DNA of 64,000 nucleotides from Polyangiales bacterium (GTDB lineage Bacteria; Myxococcota_A; Polyangia; Polyangiales; Polyangiaceae): NCBI GenBank assembly GCA_038231275.1, contig JBBRLQ010000004.1, positions 335,960 to 399,959 of the forward strand, read 5' to 3'. Shown piece by piece: positions 60,527 to 64,000 of this stretch (position 1 is its first letter; each line of letters starts with the position of its first letter). The notes under the pieces were generated by a model. It saw only the letters and a program-made list of their open reading frames with translations, ran no database searches and was not told where the DNA came from. The position numbers and the translations under genes were made by a program.

Positions 60527-61417
60527 ATGCCCTCGAAACCCCAAAAAACATCCCCCGTGGCGAAGAAGAAGCCGGCCGCGCCTGCTCGCCCGCCGGCTCG
60601 CCTGCCTGCCCGCCCGCCTACACCCCCGCGCCCGTCTCGTCCGCCTCCGGCCGAGCCGCCGCCGAAGCCCATCTCGATGGAGGAGCGGACCGCGATGCTC
60701 GAGGCGCGCCTTCAACAAGCAGATCCAAGCTTCCAAGCTAACTATCGAGAAAATCTCGATATGTCCTGGATCTATCACGACAGCGCGATCGAGGGCGTCG
60801 TCTACACGTTCGCGGAGCTGCGCACGGCAATCGATCCGACGGCGACGGTCGTGGCGGACTCGAGCATGCAGCCCGTCTGCGAAGAAATCCGGCGTCATCG
60901 CGAGGCGCTCGACTACGTGCGCGACTACGCCGTGAAGAAGCGGCTGCCGATCAACCTCGACGTCGTGAAAAAGATCTACCTCATCCTCCATCCGGAGGAG
61001 GGCGACCTGAAGACGGTCCGCTACCGGAAGGACATTCCGCAGCACCGCCTCTACTTCCACGAGTACGCGCCGCCCGACAAGATCACCTACAAGGTCCGGC
61101 AGGTCGTCGACTGGGTGAACGATCCGGAGACCCGTCGAACTCGAAGTCCTATCCGCCTCGCCACGCGCGCGCACTACGATTTGCTCCGCATCTTCCCGTT
61201 CGCGAACGACAGCGGCAAGGTCGCGCGCCTGTTCATGAACCTGCTCCTCCTCCGCGGCGGCTACCCGCCGGCGATCGTTCATTCCACGGAGCGGCAGCGC
61301 TACTACGAAGCCCTCAAGGGCTCGAGCGCGACGATGACGCAGATCGTCCAGGAATCGATCGACAACAACCTCGCGTCGATCGAAAAAATGCTCGATGCCT
61401 ACGACCAGAAGGTCTGA
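60527..61417 (+). CDS. Fic-domain protein with a degenerate active site
   Basis: YHDSAIEG inhibitory-helix-like motif; IFPFANDSGKVAR in place of HPFxxGNGRxxR; Pro/Lys-rich N-terminus. Confidence 0.8.
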   Translation: MPSKPQKTSPVAKKKPAAPARPPARLPARPPTPPRPSRPPPAEPPPKPISMEERTAMLEARLQQADPSFQANYRENLDMSWIYHDSAIEGVVYTFAELRTAIDPTATVVADSSMQPVCEEIRRHREALDYVRDYAVKKRLPINLDVVKKIYLILHPEEGDLKTVRYRKDIPQHRLYFHEYAPPDKITYKVRQVVDWVNDPETRRTRSPIRLATRAHYDLLRIFPFANDSGKVARLFMNLLLLRGGYPPAIVHSTERQRYYEALKGSSATMTQIVQESIDNNLASIEKMLDAYDQKV

Positions 61418-61477
61418 AGTCCCCGCGCCTTCCGGGAAAGTTTACGTAACCACGCGACGAAGGTAAGCACGAGAGCG

Positions 61478-62260
61478 GTGCTGGCGAGACGGATCATCCC
61501 CTGTCTGGACGTGCGCGATGGGCGGGTCGTCAAAGGGGTCGCCTTCACGTCGCTCAGGGACGCCGGTGATCCCGTCGAGCAGGCGCGGCGCTACGACGAG
61601 CAGGGGGCCGACGAGCTCTGCTTCCTCGACATCACCGCGTCGCACGAGAAGCGCGGCGCGATCCTCGACGTGGTCGCGCGCTGCGCGGACGTGCTGTTCA
61701 CGCCGCTGACGGTGGGCGGTGGGGTGAGGAGCGAGGACGACGTGCGTGCGCTGCTCGCGGCCGGCGCCGACAAAGTGAGCATCAACACCACCGCCGTGAA
61801 ACGCCCCGAGGTCATCCAGCGCTGCGCGGGCGCGTGGGGATCGCAGGCCATCGTCGTCGCCATCGACGCAAAGCGCCGCAAGGGTGACGCGCGCGACGGG
61901 CGGGGGTGGGAGGTCTTCATCGAAGGCGGCCGCACGCCGACCGGGCTCGACGTGCTCGCGTGGGCGGAGGAGATCGTGCGCTTTGGCGCGGGCGAGATCC
62001 TGCTCACGAGCATGGACCGTGACGGGACCAAGATCGGCTTCGATCTCGAGCTCACGCGCGCCGTGAGCGACGCGGTGCCGGTGCCGGTGATCGCGTCGGG
62101 CGGCGTCGGGACGCTCGAGCACCTTCGTGAAGGGCTGACGGTGGGCCGCGCGAGCGCGGTGCTTGCGGCGTCGATCTTCCACGACGGCATCCACACGATC
62201 GGAGAGGCGAAGTCGTATCTCGCGCGGGCCGGAGTGCCGGTCAGGCAGGTCGCGGCGTGA
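61478..62260 (+). CDS. hisF: Imidazole glycerol phosphate synthase, cyclase subunit
   Basis: [41 protein letters not shown]. Confidence 0.97.
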   Translation: MLARRIIPCLDVRDGRVVKGVAFTSLRDAGDPVEQARRYDEQGADELCFLDITASHEKRGAILDVVARCADVLFTPLTVGGGVRSEDDVRALLAAGADKVSINTTAVKRPEVIQRCAGAWGSQAIVVAIDAKRRKGDARDGRGWEVFIEGGRTPTGLDVLAWAEEIVRFGAGEILLTSMDRDGTKIGFDLELTRAVSDAVPVPVIASGGVGTLEHLREGLTVGRASAVLAASIFHDGIHTIGEAKSYLARAGVPVRQVAA

Positions 62261-63405
62261 GCGGGCCTCTCGATCACTCGGTGACCCTCGAGGACGTCTT
62301 CGTCGTCGTCAACGCGAAGCGCGTCCCGCTCGCGCCGGAGCTCGCGGGGTATCTGACGCTCGAAGTGGCCGAGGGGGCGCAGGCGCAGGCGGGCGAGATC
62401 GATCCGCGGAGCGTGTACATCGGCGAGGAGGGGACCGTCGCGCTCGTTCGCGCGCGCGACGCGGGCGGCGACGCGGAGTCGAGCGTCCGCGCGATCCTGC
62501 TGCGTCTCCTCGAGGCGAGCGGCTCGGCGACCCCGGCGCTCGGCGCGGCGGCGCGCAGGAGATCGGGGAGCGGCCTGCCCTCGCTCGTCGAAGAGCTCGA
62601 AGCGGCGCTCATCCCAGTGAATCGCGCGGCCGGTCGCCGCGCGCTCGCGCGGCTGGCGCGCGAGGTCAAACGGGTCACCGCCGGCGTTGGACGAAACGCG
62701 CCGCCACCCGAGCGGCCCGCTCCGCCGCGGCCGAACGCGCCGGGAGCACCCGTCGCTCCGGGCGCGCCGATCCCCGGTTCCCAGCGCTTCGCCCCACCCG
62801 CACCGAGCGCGCACCAGGCTCCGCCCGCCCCGCAGCCCCCTCCGCAGCAGATGCAGCAGCTGCCGCTGCAGGCCACGCCCGTCGCGGAGCCAGAGCCGTC
62901 GCCTTCGGCGGGAGACGCCTTTCCCGATCTCGCGGACGTGCTCCCGCGTGCGTCGAGCGACCCGCCTGACGCGCCTGACGCGCCGCCCGCCGGTCCGCCG
63001 GCAGAACAGGCTCCGTTGCGCGTCCCGACTCCGTCACCCGGCGTCGACGCGGTCGACCAGCTCCTCGCGTCGTTCGAGGTCTCCGGCGCGACGACGGATC
63101 GCGCCGTCTCGCGCGAGCTGAAGGCGATGGTCGGCCTCGAGCCCACGCCTCCACCGCCAAACAGGCACCGCGAGGGGCCGGCCATCATCGACGCGCCTGC
63201 GCCCGACGACGTGGAAGATCTCCTCGCGATGACCGATCAGAGCATCCCGATCGCCAACATGCGACGGACGCGCACGCCGGTCGGCCTCGCGCCGCCGCCC
63301 GTGCTCCCTCCTGCATCGCCGCCGACGCCGCAGCCGCACTTGCAGCCGATGGCGATCCCTCCAGCGCAGCAGCAACAGCAGCAACAGCAGCAACAGCAGC
63401 AACAG
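62257..63405 (+). CDS. Pro-rich myxobacterial protein with a pseudokinase-like N-terminus; true 3' end probably lost at the junction
   Basis: GTGA coupling to his[15 protein letters not shown] resembles a degenerate kinase loop; high-GC codons up to the polyQ. Confidence 0.55.
63367..63405 (+). repeat. (CAGCAGCAA)4CAG polyglutamine microsatellite at a composition breakpoint
   Basis: 13 Gln codons; base composition changes abruptly across it. Confidence 0.9.
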
Positions 63406-64000
63406 CCACCGATATACCAACACGAGGGACCCATGAGAGCCAACACCAACAGTATGCAATACTTGGACCAACAGTTCAATCAATCCCTCGGTCTTCACCA
63501 CGATCAGTATATGGGCCAGCCAAGTTTGGCCAATCAGAATAATGTCACATACTATGACAACAACCAACCTTTGCCGCAGCAACAACATGTAGATTATTTT
63601 TCTCACATATCCCCCGTATATCCCCTAACTCAGGCTGTGGGAAAAATCCCGGCACCGGATAATAATAATAATCAACCGACCTTTAATTACGAAACATATG
63701 CTTCCTTGCCCGGCTTGAACACATCCAACAGTCTGCAAGGTCATGCTCGGCTGCAGAGTTCGCTCTCGCGCAATCACTCCTCATCGTCCGCCGGCAATTC
63801 ACCGAGTTCGCAGTCGCCAGTCAGCGAAGAAGACTACCATGAGCCAGTATTGGTAAGTTTAAAAGCAGGAAAAAATAATACAATAAAGGCAACAAAGAAA
63901 TAACTTGAAAAAAAATCAATAATTTTTGAATAAAAAAAAATAATTTTTTTTTTTTTAAATTAATTTTTTTTTTTATTAATGAACATTTTTTTCAAAAAGA
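63406..64000 (+). other. Eukaryote-like (possibly fungal) exon fragment and AT-rich intron; probable chimeric join
   Basis: Q/N/S-rich low-complexity coding with A/T-ending codons; GTAAGT donor at 63853-63858; poly-A/poly-T tracts follow. Confidence 0.75.

Noticed and set aside
62257-63903. 548-aa polyQ protein as a real bacterial-eukaryotic fusion gene
   Set aside because: The composition break falls exactly at a microsatellite and a splice donor with intron-like DNA is retained, which favours misassembly.

Overview
This is high-GC myxobacterial chromosomal DNA (Myxococcota, probably Polyangiales/Labilithrix-like). That assignment is inferred from a MYXO-CTERM protein, Ser/Thr kinases, FHA and sigma54 activators, and many Cys-rich lipoproteins. 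The window holds about 60 genes and two tRNAs (Pro-GGG, Leu-CAA). Housekeeping genes include argC, argB, hisH, hisA, hisF, deoC, rpsU, ppx, map, a thyX-like gene, recN and copZ/copA. Main observations: (1) A self-contained signalling locus at 51.8-58.7 kb (Ser/Thr kinase, Cys-rich lipoprotein, FHA-sigma54 activator, TPR protein). Both ends carry sigma54 promoters driving small Cys-rich lipoproteins, and both have a shared GCAAG/CCTTGC motif at enhancer distance, one as a perfect 5x12-bp array. (2) A candidate leader peptide plus RBS-occluding hairpin upstream of a MATE pump. (3) A 29-bp, 5-nt-periodic element found three times directly after stop codons, always in the same sense. (4) A deoC plus split-ALDH16-like operon. 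(5) A Fic protein lacking the catalytic His, divergent from recN, which carries Myxococcus-type SOS boxes. (6) Frequent leaderless-type gene starts. (7) The last ~600 bp switch, at a CAG/CAA repeat, to eukaryote-like low-GC DNA with a splice donor, most likely an assembly chimera. All calls come from reading motifs by eye; no database searches were run.
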